Shown here: in pieces, positions 1-10,464 of the stretch
How positions within the stretch are numbered: the first letter of the stretch is position 1
Layout: every line of letters begins with the position of its first letter
Source: an uncultured Dictyoglomota bacterium
GTDB taxonomy: Bacteria > Dictyoglomota > Dictyoglomia > Dictyoglomales > Dictyoglomaceae
Length of the DNA: 64,000 nucleotides
NCBI GenBank assembly: GCA_964654465.1
Contig: CAZZIO010000018.1
Span: 14,957 to 78,956, forward strand
Direction: 5' to 3'
Notes under the pieces: model-generated
Told to the model about the DNA's origin: nothing
Seen by the model: the letters and a program-made list of their open reading frames with translations, nothing else
The model's database searches: none
Program-made: the position numbers and the translations under genes

Positions 1-356
1 TGAATATCTTTTAGTCTGACCAGTTTATTATTAATATAGTAATTGCTTTCTTCCTCCCTATATATTTTTCTTGAAATTTCTATTTCCTCATCATCTAACT
101 GCAAACACAAATCAACCTCTGCAAAATTTGAGGGAGGATGAAATTTATTTCCCCCAAAAATTACCTCGTCTACTTTTTCTGCCCTCAAGGTTTTAACTCT
201 CTGCTCTCCTAAGACCCACCTTATAGCATCTAAAATATTACTCTTACCACTACCATTAGGGCCAGTAATAACAGTAAAATTTTGAGAAAATGGTATTTTG
301 GTTGATCCTATAAAAGATTTAAAATTGTGAAGTTCTAATCTTTTAAGATATATCAT
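1..356 (-). CDS. smc: Chromosome segregation protein SMC, N-terminal part (runs off window)
   Basis: Manual translation from ATG at 356: MIYLKRLELHNFKSF...ITGPNGSGKSNILDAIRWVLGEQ, with Walker A; lies downstream of rnc as usual; not in the ORF track. Confidence 0.93.
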   Translation of the reverse strand, partial: MIYLKRLELHNFKSFIGSTKIPFSQNFTVITGPNGSGKSNILDAIRWVLGEQRVKTLRAEKVDEVIFGGNKFHPPSNFAEVDLCLQLDDEEIEISRKIYREEESNYYINNKLVRLKDI

Positions 357-1050
357 TTCTAATTTTCTTCAACCCCTCTTTTGCAGCCATAATTTCTGCT
401 TCCCTTTTACTCTTACCTATACCTTCAGACCACTTTTCTCTATCTACCCAAAGTTCTACATAAAAAGTTTTATTATGTTCTGGACCTTCCTCTTTTACTA
501 CTCTATATTGAGGCTCTTTTCCTTCTTTAAGAAGTATTGATCTTAATAGGTTTTTCCAATCTACTTCTAAATTTATATTTTTTATATCTTCCTCAAAAAT
601 TCTCCAAATAAAATCTTTTACAAAATCATATCCTTTATCCAAATATATTGCTCCAATGAAGGCCTCAAAAAGATCACACAATACTGATGGCTTATTTCTT
701 CCTCCCTGTTTTTCTTCTCCTGTACCTAAAAATATTAATCTATCTAATTCTAAAGCTTTTGCTTTTTTATATAACATCTCTTCTTTTACAAGAAAGATTC
801 TCATCTGAGTTAATACACCCTCTGTTGCATGCTTATAATAATCAAAAAGAAGATCAGTGATAACCATATTTAATACTGCATCACCCAAAAATTCTAATCT
901 TTGATTATCTATTTTAAATTCGGGATTTTCATGCTTAAAAGATGGATGAATAAGAGCTTCTATAAGTAGCTTTTTATTATCGAATGAAACTCCAATATTT
1001 TTACCTATCTCTTGACTGATTTTATCTATATCTATTTTAACTTTTTTCAT
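343..1050 (-). CDS. rnc: Ribonuclease III
   Basis: NQRLEFLGDAVL signature and C-terminal dsRBD (EGPEHNKTF). Confidence 0.97.
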   Translation of the reverse strand: MKKVKIDIDKISQEIGKNIGVSFDNKKLLIEALIHPSFKHENPEFKIDNQRLEFLGDAVLNMVITDLLFDYYKHATEGVLTQMRIFLVKEEMLYKKAKALELDRLIFLGTGEEKQGGRNKPSVLCDLFEAFIGAIYLDKGYDFVKDFIWRIFEEDIKNINLEVDWKNLLRSILLKEGKEPQYRVVKEEGPEHNKTFYVELWVDREKWSEGIGKSKREAEIMAAKEGLKKIRNDIS

Positions 1051-2288
1051 TCTTCAAATTTTTTAAAAATTAATGATGCATTTTGTCCGCCAAAACCGAA
1101 AGAATTCTTTAAGGCATATTTTACTTTCCATTTTCTACTTATGTTAGGTACATAATCCAAATCACATTCTGGATCTTTTTCCTCATAATTTATAGTGGGA
1201 TGTAATATACCGTTGTATATAGACAACACTGTAGCCACAGATTCTACAGCACCAGCAGCACCAAGTAAATGTCCAATCATAGATTTTGTAGAACTTACTG
1301 GAATATTGTAAGCATAATCCCCAAAGACTTTTTTAATCGCTAATGTTTCTATTTTATCATTCAATTTAGTTGAAGTACCATGAGCATTTATATAATTTAT
1401 TTCCCTTGGATCTATTTGAGCATCTTTTATTGCACGTTTCATAGAAAGAACAGCCCCATATCCTTCTGGATCTGGTGCTGTTATATGATACGCGTCATCG
1501 GATGCCCCAAAACCCACTATTTCTGCATAAATTCTTGCTCCTCTTTTTAAAGCATGCTCCATTTCTTCAAGTATTAATATTCCTGCACCTTCTCCCATCA
1601 CAAAACCATCCCTTTTAGCGTCAAAAGGTCTACTTGCTTTCTCAGGAGGATCATTCTGAGTAGAAAGAGCTTGTAAAGCACAAAAACCAGCTATTCCCAT
1701 AGGAGTTATCGAGGCTTCTGATCCCCCAACAATAGCAAAATCTGCCTCACCAAAGGATACTAAGCGGTATCCTATACCAATTGCATGGGCTGAAGATGCA
1801 CAAGCTGAAACAGGAGAATAATTAGGACCTCTGAAACCAAAAAAAATAGAAACGTTACCTGAAGCTATATTTATAATTACCATAGGTATTAAAAAAGGAC
1901 TTACCCTATTTACACCCTTTTCAAATAAAACTCTAAATTGATTTTCTAAAGTTTCAAAACCACCTATTCCAGATGTAACAATCACAGCAGTATTTTCTTT
2001 TTCTTCTTCTGTAGGATTCCAATTAGCATCCTCTATAGCAAGTTTTGTAGCAGCAACAGCAAATTGAGAAAATCTATCTAATCTTCTAGCTTCCTTTCTA
2101 TCTATAAAATCTTCTGGGTTAAAATCTTTAACTTCTCCTGCAATTTTTGTTGGAAAATCATCTACAGGAAATTTAGTTATGTAGGATATTCCAGATTTCC
2201 CATTTATAATTCCTTCCCAAAACTTATCTTTACCAACCCCAAGAGGTGAGATTACACCTATTCCAGTTACTACAACCCTTCGTCTCAT
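1047..2288 (-). CDS. fabF: 3-oxoacyl-ACP synthase II
   Basis: RRVVVTGIG start, SACAS, HGTST, KSMIGHLLGAAG, NSFGFGG; start moved to ATG 2288 after a GGGGG SD. Confidence 0.96.
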   Translation of the reverse strand: MRRRVVVTGIGVISPLGVGKDKFWEGIINGKSGISYITKFPVDDFPTKIAGEVKDFNPEDFIDRKEARRLDRFSQFAVAATKLAIEDANWNPTEEEKENTAVIVTSGIGGFETLENQFRVLFEKGVNRVSPFLIPMVIINIASGNVSIFFGFRGPNYSPVSACASSAHAIGIGYRLVSFGEADFAIVGGSEASITPMGIAGFCALQALSTQNDPPEKASRPFDAKRDGFVMGEGAGILILEEMEHALKRGARIYAEIVGFGASDDAYHITAPDPEGYGAVLSMKRAIKDAQIDPREINYINAHGTSTKLNDKIETLAIKKVFGDYAYNIPVSSTKSMIGHLLGAAGAVESVATVLSIYNGILHPTINYEEKDPECDLDYVPNISRKWKVKYALKNSFGFGGQNASLIFKKFEE

Positions 2289-2313
2289 CCACAAAACCCC
2301 CTTAATAAAAATG

Positions 2314-2339
2314 AGGGTACTGGATTTTTCCAGTACCCT
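2314..2339 (-). terminator. Perfect stem-loop between acpP and fabF (partial terminator or stabiliser)
   Basis: AGGGTACTGGA-TTTT-TCCAGTACCCT, 11-bp inverted repeat. Confidence 0.65.
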
Positions 2340-2350
2340 TTCTACCATAC

Positions 2351-2590
2351 TTATAATCTTTTCTCAATATACCTTACCACATCTCCTACAGTTTTAAATT
2401 TTTCTGCCTCCTCATCTTGAACATCAATACCAAACTCTTCTTCTAATGCCATGATTAGTTCTACAGCATCCAAAGAATCCGCACCTAAGTCCTCTTGAAT
2501 ATTTGAATCCATAGTAACAAGATTCTCATCTACTCTAAGTTGATCTACAATTATTTTTTTGACTTTTTCAAAGATGGTAGCCTCATCCAT
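2351..2590 (-). CDS. acpP: Acyl carrier protein
   Basis: [12 protein letters not shown] phosphopantetheine motif; ATG 2590 follows AGGAGGTG. Confidence 0.97.
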   Translation of the reverse strand: MDEATIFEKVKKIIVDQLRVDENLVTMDSNIQEDLGADSLDAVELIMALEEEFGIDVQDEEAEKFKTVGDVVRYIEKRL

Positions 2591-2635
2591 TTTACAGTTC
2601 ACCTCCTTCCTCTTGAGAAATTATATATCATCTTT

Positions 2636-3376
2636 TTAGATTGCTAATCCTCCGTCTACATTAAGAACTATTCCTGTAATATAGGAAGCCTCGTCTGAAA
2701 CCAAAAATTTTACAGCATTTGCCACATCTTCAGGATCTCCAAATCTGCCTAAGGGAATTTCATCTAAAACTTTCTTTTTCATTTCTTCAGAAAGAACATC
2801 TGTCATTTCAGTTTTTATAAAGCCAGGAGCAATTGCATTTACTGTAATACCCCTTGATGCTACCTCTCTTGCTACAGCCTTTGTAAAGCCTATAATACCA
2901 GCCTTAGCTGAGGCATAATTAGCTTGTCCAATATTACCCTTCAGTCCTACCACTGATGAAATATTAATAATTCTACCACTTCTTTGTTTCAACATAATCT
3001 TTAATGCAGATTTTGTACAAAGAAATACACCTCTTAAATTCGTATTTATTACTTGATCCCATTCTTCACTTTTCATTCTTATTAGAAGATTATCTTTAGT
3101 AATTCCTGCATTATTGACTAATATATCCAATTTTCCCCATTTTTCAATAACAAAATTGAACATCTTTTCAACTTCTTCCTCTACACTTACGTCAGCCTGA
3201 TAAATTTCTCCCTCCCCACCTAACTTTTTCAATTCCTCTAAGGTTTCCAATGCTGATTCTTTTTTACCTCTATAATTGATGAGGACTTTAATTCCCTCTC
3301 TTCCAAGAGCAAGAACTATAGCTCTACCAATCCCTCTACCCCCACCAGTTACAACTGCAACTTTATCCTTTAACAT
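2636..3376 (-). CDS. fabG: 3-oxoacyl-ACP reductase
   Basis: TGGGRGIG, NNAGITKD and YASAK SDR motifs; start ATG 3376. Confidence 0.96.
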   Translation of the reverse strand: MLKDKVAVVTGGGRGIGRAIVLALGREGIKVLINYRGKKESALETLEELKKLGGEGEIYQADVSVEEEVEKMFNFVIEKWGKLDILVNNAGITKDNLLIRMKSEEWDQVINTNLRGVFLCTKSALKIMLKQRSGRIINISSVVGLKGNIGQANYASAKAGIIGFTKAVAREVASRGITVNAIAPGFIKTEMTDVLSEEMKKKVLDEIPLGRFGDPEDVANAVKFLVSDEASYITGIVLNVDGGLAI

Positions 3377-4293
3377 CCCAGTTCCCCCCTTAAAGTTTCT
3401 AAATCTTCTGATTTTTCTATTCCTATAACTTTGACCTCTGGAATTATTTTTTTTATCAATCCTTGAAGCACCTTTCCCGGACCAACCTCTACAAAACAAT
3501 CTATTCCTAAGTTATATATATTATTTATTGCTTCAACCCATCTTACTGACCCTGTAAATTGTTTTATAAGTATATCCTTAACATTATTTTCTACAAAATC
3601 ACATGTAGTACTACTAAGCACATTATATTTGGGTTTTTTAAAATTAAAATTACTTAAATAATCCTTAAAAATCTCTTCAGCTTCTTTCATTAAAGGAGAA
3701 TGAAAAGGACCACTAACAGATAAAGGTACGACCCTTTTTATCTTATCTTTCATCTTTTGATACCATAAATCAAAAGCTTCTTTTTCTCCAGAAAGAACAA
3801 TTTGTCCAGGAGAATTATAGTTAGCAATAAAGATATTCAAACCCTCTTTTTGAGATTCTTTTACGCTATTTTCTATCTCCTCCAAATCTCCACCAAGAAT
3901 AGCCCACATTCCACCTTTAACCTTTTCTGCCACTTCACTCATTACTTCAGATCTCTTTTTAATTAGATTCAGACCATCCTCAAAATTATAAACCTCTGCA
4001 TAATAAAAAGCAGAATATTCTCCCAAGCTATGCCCTATTCCATATTCTGCCCAAAAACCTTCTTTTTTCAAAAAATCTGATAACATAGCACTTACAGAAA
4101 AAATAGCTGGTTGAGATATTCTCGTATCCTTTAAAACCTCTTCTGGACCATTTTGAACCTTATCAATAAAATCCTTACCTAAAATCTCTTCCATAACTTG
4201 AAAGTAATACTCATATTCAGACTTCTCTAAAAATGGGCTAAACATACCCACATACTGAGATCCCTGTCCTGGAAAGACAAAACATATCTTCAT
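3370..4293 (-). CDS. fabD: Malonyl-CoA:ACP transacylase
   Basis: FPGQGSQ, GHSLGEY, SGPFHS. Confidence 0.96.
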   Translation of the reverse strand: MKICFVFPGQGSQYVGMFSPFLEKSEYEYYFQVMEEILGKDFIDKVQNGPEEVLKDTRISQPAIFSVSAMLSDFLKKEGFWAEYGIGHSLGEYSAFYYAEVYNFEDGLNLIKKRSEVMSEVAEKVKGGMWAILGGDLEEIENSVKESQKEGLNIFIANYNSPGQIVLSGEKEAFDLWYQKMKDKIKRVVPLSVSGPFHSPLMKEAEEIFKDYLSNFNFKKPKYNVLSSTTCDFVENNVKDILIKQFTGSVRWVEAINNIYNLGIDCFVEVGPGKVLQGLIKKIIPEVKVIGIEKSEDLETLRGELGC

Positions 4294-4317
4294 AGGTTAA
4301 ACCCCTCACACTTCATT

Positions 4318-5310
4318 TTAACTTTCAATATTCTTCCATCTTAATACAGCAGAGCCCCAAGAAAGTCCAGCTCCAAAACCAACTAAAGCCAAAATATCTC
4401 CGTCTTTTATCTTACCTTCTAAAACAAGCTCTTCAAGAGCAAGTGGTATGGAAGCTGTAGAAGTATTACCATATTTATGTATGTTAATAGCGACTTTGTC
4501 AATAGGAATACCCAATCTCTCTGCTCCTGTTTCAATAATCCTGATATTTGCTTGGTGTGGAATAAGCCAATCTAAATCAGCAGGGGTTAGTCCTGCCTTT
4601 TTTAGAGATTCTTCTGTTGTTTCACCTAAAACTTTTACTGAAAATTTAAAAACTTCTCTTCCATTCATTTTAATATAATGAAGCTTATTCTTTAATACCT
4701 CTTCAGAACATGGATTCTTTGCACATCCTCCAGGAATTGCTAACAAATCAGCTCCCGATCCATCTAATTTAAGATCCCAAGAGAGTAAACCATAACCATC
4801 ACCTACTTCTCTTAATACAACAGCTCCTGCACCATCTCCAAAAAGAACGCAAGTATTTCTATCTTCCCAATCAACAAATCTTGAAAGAACTTCTGTTCCT
4901 ATAACTAAAACTGTTTTAACATCTCCTGATCTAATAAATTGGGCGCCTGTAATTAAAGAAGATACAAAACCAGTACAAGCACTAAGTAAATCAAAACCAC
5001 CTGCATTTTTTGCCCCAATTTTATTTTGTATAACTGCAGCCATAGACGGAAAAATCATTTCTAAAGAAGCAGATGTAACAATAATAAGATCTATTTCCTC
5101 AGGTTCTACTTTAGCCATTTTCAAGGCTTTTAGTGCAGCTTCTGCTCCAAGATCTGATGGATTTACATTACTATCAGCTATATGTCTCTCTTTTATTCCT
5201 GTACGTGTAGTAATCCATTCATCAGAAGTATCTACCATCTTCTCCAAATCATAATTCGTTAAAACTTTTGGGGGAACTACCGTCCCAATCCCTATTATCC
5301 CTACACCCAT
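4318..5310 (-). CDS. fabH: 3-oxoacyl-ACP synthase III
   Basis: SACTGF, PHQANIRII, GNTSTAS. Confidence 0.96.
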   Translation of the reverse strand: MGVGIIGIGTVVPPKVLTNYDLEKMVDTSDEWITTRTGIKERHIADSNVNPSDLGAEAALKALKMAKVEPEEIDLIIVTSASLEMIFPSMAAVIQNKIGAKNAGGFDLLSACTGFVSSLITGAQFIRSGDVKTVLVIGTEVLSRFVDWEDRNTCVLFGDGAGAVVLREVGDGYGLLSWDLKLDGSGADLLAIPGGCAKNPCSEEVLKNKLHYIKMNGREVFKFSVKVLGETTEESLKKAGLTPADLDWLIPHQANIRIIETGAERLGIPIDKVAINIHKYGNTSTASIPLALEELVLEGKIKDGDILALVGFGAGLSWGSAVLRWKNIES

Positions 5311-5326
5311 TTTAAATCTCCTTATA

Positions 5327-5518
5327 TTATTCTTCTTTCTCTTCCTTTACCTTTAATACTTCCCTACCCTCATAATAACCGCAAAATGGACATATTCTAT
5401 GAGGTCTTATCATTTTATGACAGTGAGAACATTCTACTAACGCAACACCACTTAGTTTATACCTCACCCATCTACGATCTCTTCTTGTAGTAGATAGTTT
5501 TTTCTTAGGAAGACCCAT
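5327..5518 (-). CDS. rpmF: 50S ribosomal protein L32 (Zn-binding type)
   Basis: Basic 63-aa protein, CSHC...HRICPFCGYY, in the usual position. Confidence 0.95.
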   Translation of the reverse strand: MGLPKKKLSTTRRDRRWVRYKLSGVALVECSHCHKMIRPHRICPFCGYYEGREVLKVKEEKEE

Positions 5519-5520
5519 TG

Positions 5521-6057
5521 CTATTTCCCTCCCTTTTTATCTAAAAACTTTTTAAGTGGCTCCCATCTTGGATCAAACTTACTTTCTTTTGAACATTCAC
5601 ACTCACCTAAATTAAGGTCCTTCCCACATACAGGACATAATCCTTTACAATCGGGACGGCAGAGTGGTTTTACAGGTATATTTAATCTTATACTATCCTC
5701 AAGAAGAGGATCTAGAAAGAGACTCTCTTTTTCAAGTACAAATTTAAAATCTTCATCTTTTAACTCAATAATATCTCCAGGGCTTATGTTTCTTTGTATA
5801 GGAATATCCCATAAATATATTTCCTGAATCTTAGCTTCCAAATTATAAGGAAAATCTTTCAAACATCTACTGCATACAAGACTTAATTTTGTCTTAATAT
5901 TACCTTTTACTAATACTTCTTTACCTAAATTTATAAGCTTTAATCTTATATGAACAGGTTCTAAAAAAAGCAAATCTTCGTAATGAGGAATAAAATCTTC
6001 CTCGTAAATAAACTCCTTTCCTACCTCAGAATGTAAATCAGCAAGATAAATTTCCAC
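5521..6057 (-). CDS. yceD: YceD/DUF177 family protein
   Basis: CSRCL...PLCRPDCKGLCPVCG...DPRW; upstream of rpmF. Confidence 0.9.
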   Translation of the reverse strand: MEIYLADLHSEVGKEFIYEEDFIPHYEDLLFLEPVHIRLKLINLGKEVLVKGNIKTKLSLVCSRCLKDFPYNLEAKIQEIYLWDIPIQRNISPGDIIELKDEDFKFVLEKESLFLDPLLEDSIRLNIPVKPLCRPDCKGLCPVCGKDLNLGECECSKESKFDPRWEPLKKFLDKKGGK

Positions 6058-6072
6058 AATATCACCTTCTTT

Positions 6073-7272
6073 TTATTTATTCCCTACAATTTTAACTGTT
6101 TCTCCTGCAATCATTAACTCTTCATTAGTTGGTATTACCCATACCTCAACCTTTGAATCGGGAGTACTTATCTTTAATTCTTCACCTTTTACTTTATTTT
6201 TCTCTGGATCAATCTTTACACCAAGATGTTCTAAACCCTCACATATTAAACTTCTCTCTAATGGTCCTCTTTCACCAACACCAGCAGTGAATATCAAAAC
6301 ATCGAGTCCACCTAATATAGCGTAATAGGCACCAATATATTTTTTAATTCTATAAGCAAAAACCTTTAAAGCCAACAAGGCTCTTTCATTACCTTTTTCA
6401 GCAGCTTCTCCTACATCTCTAAAATCACTACTTACTCCGGAAATACCTAAAATACCACTTTTCTTATTAAGAATGTTATCCATTTCTTTTGGAGATAAAT
6501 TTTCCTTTTCCATCATAATAAGTGGGATCGCAGGATCAATATCACCACATCTTGTCCCCATAACCAGTCCTTCTAACGGTGTATATCCCATACTAGTATC
6601 TATTGATTTACCATTTTTAATGGCTGTAATACTTGCTCCATTTCCAAGATGGCAAGAAATAATTTTTAATTCTTCCAATGGTTTTCCAGTTAATTGAGCA
6701 ACTCTTCTTGAGACATAATAATGGGAAGTACCATGAAAACCATATCTTCTAATCTTGTATTTCTCATACCATTCATAAGGAAGGGCATAAATGTATGCTT
6801 CTTTTGGCATGGTTTGATGAAAGGCAGTATCAAATACTAAAACTTGTGGGGCTTCTGGTATTAAAGACATACAGGCTTCAACACCTTGTATATTATAGGG
6901 ATTATGAAGAGGAGCCAAATTTTCACATTCCTTTAATTTCTTATAAGTTTCTGGGGTCACTAAGGTAGCCTCAAAAAAGCTTTCTCCACCATGTACAACC
7001 CTATGTCCTACAGCATCAATATCATTAAGAGAACTCAATATTCCATCGTTTTTATCTACCAACAACTTAAATATCTCTTCTATTGCTTTCTTATGAGTGG
7101 GTAAAGGTACCTCATAAATTTTTTTAGATTCTAAGCCTCTTTGATATACAATCCTTGAACCATCAAGGCCTATCCTTTCAGCAAGCCCCTTTGCTAATAC
7201 ACTCTCATCCTTCATATCAAAAATCTGATACTTCACTGATGAACTTCCACAGTTTAAAACAAGTACTTTCAT
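6073..7272 (-). CDS. ackA: Acetate kinase
   Basis: LVLNCGSSS, GHRVVHGG, RRYGFHGTSH, PTNEEL. Confidence 0.97.
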   Translation of the reverse strand: MKVLVLNCGSSSVKYQIFDMKDESVLAKGLAERIGLDGSRIVYQRGLESKKIYEVPLPTHKKAIEEIFKLLVDKNDGILSSLNDIDAVGHRVVHGGESFFEATLVTPETYKKLKECENLAPLHNPYNIQGVEACMSLIPEAPQVLVFDTAFHQTMPKEAYIYALPYEWYEKYKIRRYGFHGTSHYYVSRRVAQLTGKPLEELKIISCHLGNGASITAIKNGKSIDTSMGYTPLEGLVMGTRCGDIDPAIPLIMMEKENLSPKEMDNILNKKSGILGISGVSSDFRDVGEAAEKGNERALLALKVFAYRIKKYIGAYYAILGGLDVLIFTAGVGERGPLERSLICEGLEHLGVKIDPEKNKVKGEELKISTPDSKVEVWVIPTNEELMIAGETVKIVGNK

Positions 7273-7365
7273 AGCTACCTCCTTTTCTACCTTGAAATTT
7301 ATCCACGTAATTATACTATAGCAAGGAATGTTTCACAAGATTTACAAAAGATGTTAATATTTTTT

Positions 7366-8007
7366 TTAAATTTTTCTTATATGTTCAACAGGAATATTAT
7401 TCTTTCTAAATATCTCATTCACCAAAGCAAGATCTTCTGTCTCTAGTCTGAGCACTAAAAAACCATAATCCTCAGAATCACTTGGAAAGGTAGCCATACT
7501 CATAATATTTATTCCCTTTTCAGCAATAAGATTTACAATTTTTGCTATTTCTCCAGGAGTATTTTTTATTCTTAATGTATATCTCAAACCTTTTTTACCA
7601 TCTCCAAGCATCTCTATAAAAGCCTTAAAAATATCACTTTCTGTTATTATTCCAATAACTTCTCCATTTTCTATAACAGGTAAAGCACTTATCTTATTAT
7701 CTCTCATGATTAAAGCAGCCTCCTCAATAGGAGCATCTGCATCTACTGTTATAGGATTGGAAGTCATTGCATCTTTTACTTTTAATTTTTCTAAAAGATA
7801 ATTGATTTCAAAAATACTTAAAGATGTAGCTTGAGATGGTGATACAGACCTTAAATCTCTTTCCGTTACAATACCTACAAGCTTTCCTTTTTCCATAACA
7901 AGCAATCTTCTTACTTGGGATTCTTGCATTATCTTCCATGCTTCCAAAATAGACGTATCAGGAGATACACTTATAGGATTTTTGGTCATTCGCATTCTAA
8001 CAAGCAT
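7366..8007 (-). CDS. acuB: CBS-pair plus ACT domain protein (AcuB-like)
   Basis: Two CBS repeats and a C-terminal ACT-like segment (NTPGEIAKI). Confidence 0.8.
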   Translation of the reverse strand: MLVRMRMTKNPISVSPDTSILEAWKIMQESQVRRLLVMEKGKLVGIVTERDLRSVSPSQATSLSIFEINYLLEKLKVKDAMTSNPITVDADAPIEEAALIMRDNKISALPVIENGEVIGIITESDIFKAFIEMLGDGKKGLRYTLRIKNTPGEIAKIVNLIAEKGINIMSMATFPSDSEDYGFLVLRLETEDLALVNEIFRKNNIPVEHIRKI

Positions 8008-8013
8008 AATAAA

Positions 8014-8718
8014 TCAACCTCCTAAGTAGGCCTTCTTAACGGCCTCATTATTAGCAATCTCCTCTGTCGGACCTGAAAGGACAATTTTTCCTGTTTCCAT
8101 AACATATACCCTATGGGCAATGGAAAAAGCCATATTGGCATTTTGTTCTACAAGAAGGAGAGTTATTTTTTCTTCATTTATCTTTTTTAATACAGAAAAA
8201 ATCTCTTGAACAAGTAAGGGAGCAAGTCCCATAGAAGGCTCATCAAGTAAAAGAAGTCTCGCATTAGACATTAAAGCTCTACCTATGGCAAGCATTTGTT
8301 GCTCTCCACCACTTAATGTTCCAGCTAATTGTTTTTGTCTTTCTCTAAGACGAGGAAAAAGATTATACACAAATTCTAAATTTTTTTCTACTACCTTTTT
8401 ATCTTTAACAAGATAAGCACCCATTTCTAAATTCTCTTTTACAGTCATGTTAGGAAATACTCTTCTCCCCTCAGGAACATGTGCAATTCCAAGGGAAGCA
8501 ATCTTATATGATGGTAATTTGGTAAGGTTTATTTCGTAAAAATAAATATCACCTTTTACTATTGGAGTTAATCTAAATATAGAACGAAGGGTAGTTGTTT
8601 TACCTGCACCATTGGCTCCAATAAGAGCAACTACTTCTCCTTCTTTAACATCAAGATTTATACCTTGTAAGGCTTTTATACCACCATAATAAACATGCAG
8701 ATCTTTAATGGATAACAC
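8014..8718 (-). CDS. livF: Branched-chain amino acid ABC transporter ATPase
   Basis: GANGAGKTT, LSGGEQQM, LLVEQN. Confidence 0.93.
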   Translation of the reverse strand: MLSIKDLHVYYGGIKALQGINLDVKEGEVVALIGANGAGKTTTLRSIFRLTPIVKGDIYFYEINLTKLPSYKIASLGIAHVPEGRRVFPNMTVKENLEMGAYLVKDKKVVEKNLEFVYNLFPRLRERQKQLAGTLSGGEQQMLAIGRALMSNARLLLLDEPSMGLAPLLVQEIFSVLKKINEEKITLLLVEQNANMAFSIAHRVYVMETGKIVLSGPTEEIANNEAVKKAYLGG

Positions 8719-9484
8719 CTTTTACCTCCTTACCCAAATATGCCTCAATAACTCTTGGGTTATTTTTAACTTCTTCAGGTTTTCCTTCTGCAATTTTCAT
8801 ACCAAAATCCAATACAATTATTCTCTCACATATATTCATAACTACTTCCATATGATGTTCAATAAGTAAGATGGTAAGATTGAATCTCTCTCTTATAGTA
8901 GATATCAAATTTACAAGCTCAAGAGACTCATTTAGATTCATACCAGCTGCAGGTTCATCTAAAAGTAAAAGGGAAGGCTCGGTGGCCATTGCTCTTGCTA
9001 TTTCAAGTTTCCTCTGCTCTCCATAAGGAAGATTTTCTGCAATTTCATCTTTTCTTTTGTAAAGTCCGAAGAAATCTAAGTATTCTTCAGCCTTGTCCCT
9101 CTGAATACTTTCTTGTTGAATATACTTACGATTAGAAATTAATGTATCAAACAAGGATGCATTATAAACTTTGTGCATAGCTATCATCACATTTTCTAAA
9201 ACTGTTAGTTTTTTAAATAACCTTGGATTTTGAAATGTTCTTGCTATTCCAAGCTTTGTTATTTGATAGGGTTTCATACCTAATAAATTTTTTCCATTAA
9301 ATATAATACTTCCTTTAATAGGTAGATAAAAACCAGTCATTAGATTAAAAACAGTCGTTTTTCCAGCCCCATTAGGACCAATTATTCCTAAAATCTCATT
9401 TTTTTCTACTTCAAAAGAAAGATCTGAAACTGCCATCAGTCCCCCAAAGGCACAAGATAGATTTTTCACTTCTAAGATAGCCAT
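8705..9484 (-). CDS. livG: Branched-chain amino acid ABC transporter ATPase
   Basis: GPNGAGKTT, ARTFQN, LPYGEQR, DEPAAG. Confidence 0.93.
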   Translation of the reverse strand: MAILEVKNLSCAFGGLMAVSDLSFEVEKNEILGIIGPNGAGKTTVFNLMTGFYLPIKGSIIFNGKNLLGMKPYQITKLGIARTFQNPRLFKKLTVLENVMIAMHKVYNASLFDTLISNRKYIQQESIQRDKAEEYLDFFGLYKRKDEIAENLPYGEQRKLEIARAMATEPSLLLLDEPAAGMNLNESLELVNLISTIRERFNLTILLIEHHMEVVMNICERIIVLDFGMKIAEGKPEEVKNNPRVIEAYLGKEVKGVIH

Positions 9485-10464
9485 TAGCCTATCCCTTTCC
9501 TTCTCAAGAATTTATATAATCTGTAAAAGGAAATCTCTCTATTACCCATAAGTCCTGAAGGTCTTACAAGCATCATTATTATCAGAGTTAAAGAATAAAT
9601 AATTAATCTTAAGTGTGCAAAACCCCTTAATACCTCTGGAAGAACAGTTAAAACAAAGGCTCCAAAAATAGATCCCGTTATACTTCCAAGTCCTCCAAGT
9701 ACAATCATGAGTAATATTTCCACAGATCTCATAAAAGTAAAACTACTAGGATGTAACATCATTAAGTAATGGGCAAAAAGTCCTCCTGCGATTCCAGCAA
9801 AAAAGGCACCTATAGAAAAGGCAAGTACTTTATAATAAGTAGTATTTATTCCCATGCTTTCAGAAGCAGTTTCATCTTCTCTTATAGATATTATTGCCCT
9901 ACCATGAGAAGAATTTATGACCCTGTATATAACCACAACAGCTATAAAAGCCCAAAGAGCAACCCAAGTTATATCGGTTAGCTTTGGTATACCAGGAAAA
10001 CCTCTTGGTCCTCCTACCACATCTAAATTTAAAATTGCAACCCTGATGATTTCACCAAAACCTAAAGTGGCTATGGCAAGATAATCCCCTTTAAGTCTTA
10101 AAGTAGGAATACCTATCATTAGTCCTAACAGGGCAGCAAACAAACCTCCAATAATAAGAAAAGCTAAAAATATAACACCTTGAGCCAAATCTCTTGGAAG
10201 AAAACTTAACATATTTAATAGTTTCTCTCCCTGATAGATACTTAGGGCTGCACTAAAATATCCTCCTGCTGCCATAAACCCTGCATGCCCAATTGAGAAT
10301 TGTCCTGTAAAACCATTTATCAAATTTAAACTTACTGCAAGAATAGAATTTATCCCAAAAAATACTAAAATTTGATATATATAAGGATCCAAATTCTTAC
10401 TTAATACAGAAAGAAATAATATTAATATTAAAGTTGATAAGGTCAAAAGATTTCTTCTCATCAC
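9484..10464 (-). CDS. livM: Branched-chain amino acid ABC permease
   Basis: Hydrophobic; LRLKGDYLAIATLGFGEI. Confidence 0.92.
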   Translation of the reverse strand: MMRRNLLTLSTLILILFLSVLSKNLDPYIYQILVFFGINSILAVSLNLINGFTGQFSIGHAGFMAAGGYFSAALSIYQGEKLLNMLSFLPRDLAQGVIFLAFLIIGGLFAALLGLMIGIPTLRLKGDYLAIATLGFGEIIRVAILNLDVVGGPRGFPGIPKLTDITWVALWAFIAVVVIYRVINSSHGRAIISIREDETASESMGINTTYYKVLAFSIGAFFAGIAGGLFAHYLMMLHPSSFTFMRSVEILLMIVLGGLGSITGSIFGAFVLTVLPEVLRGFAHLRLIIYSLTLIIMMLVRPSGLMGNREISFYRLYKFLRRKGIG

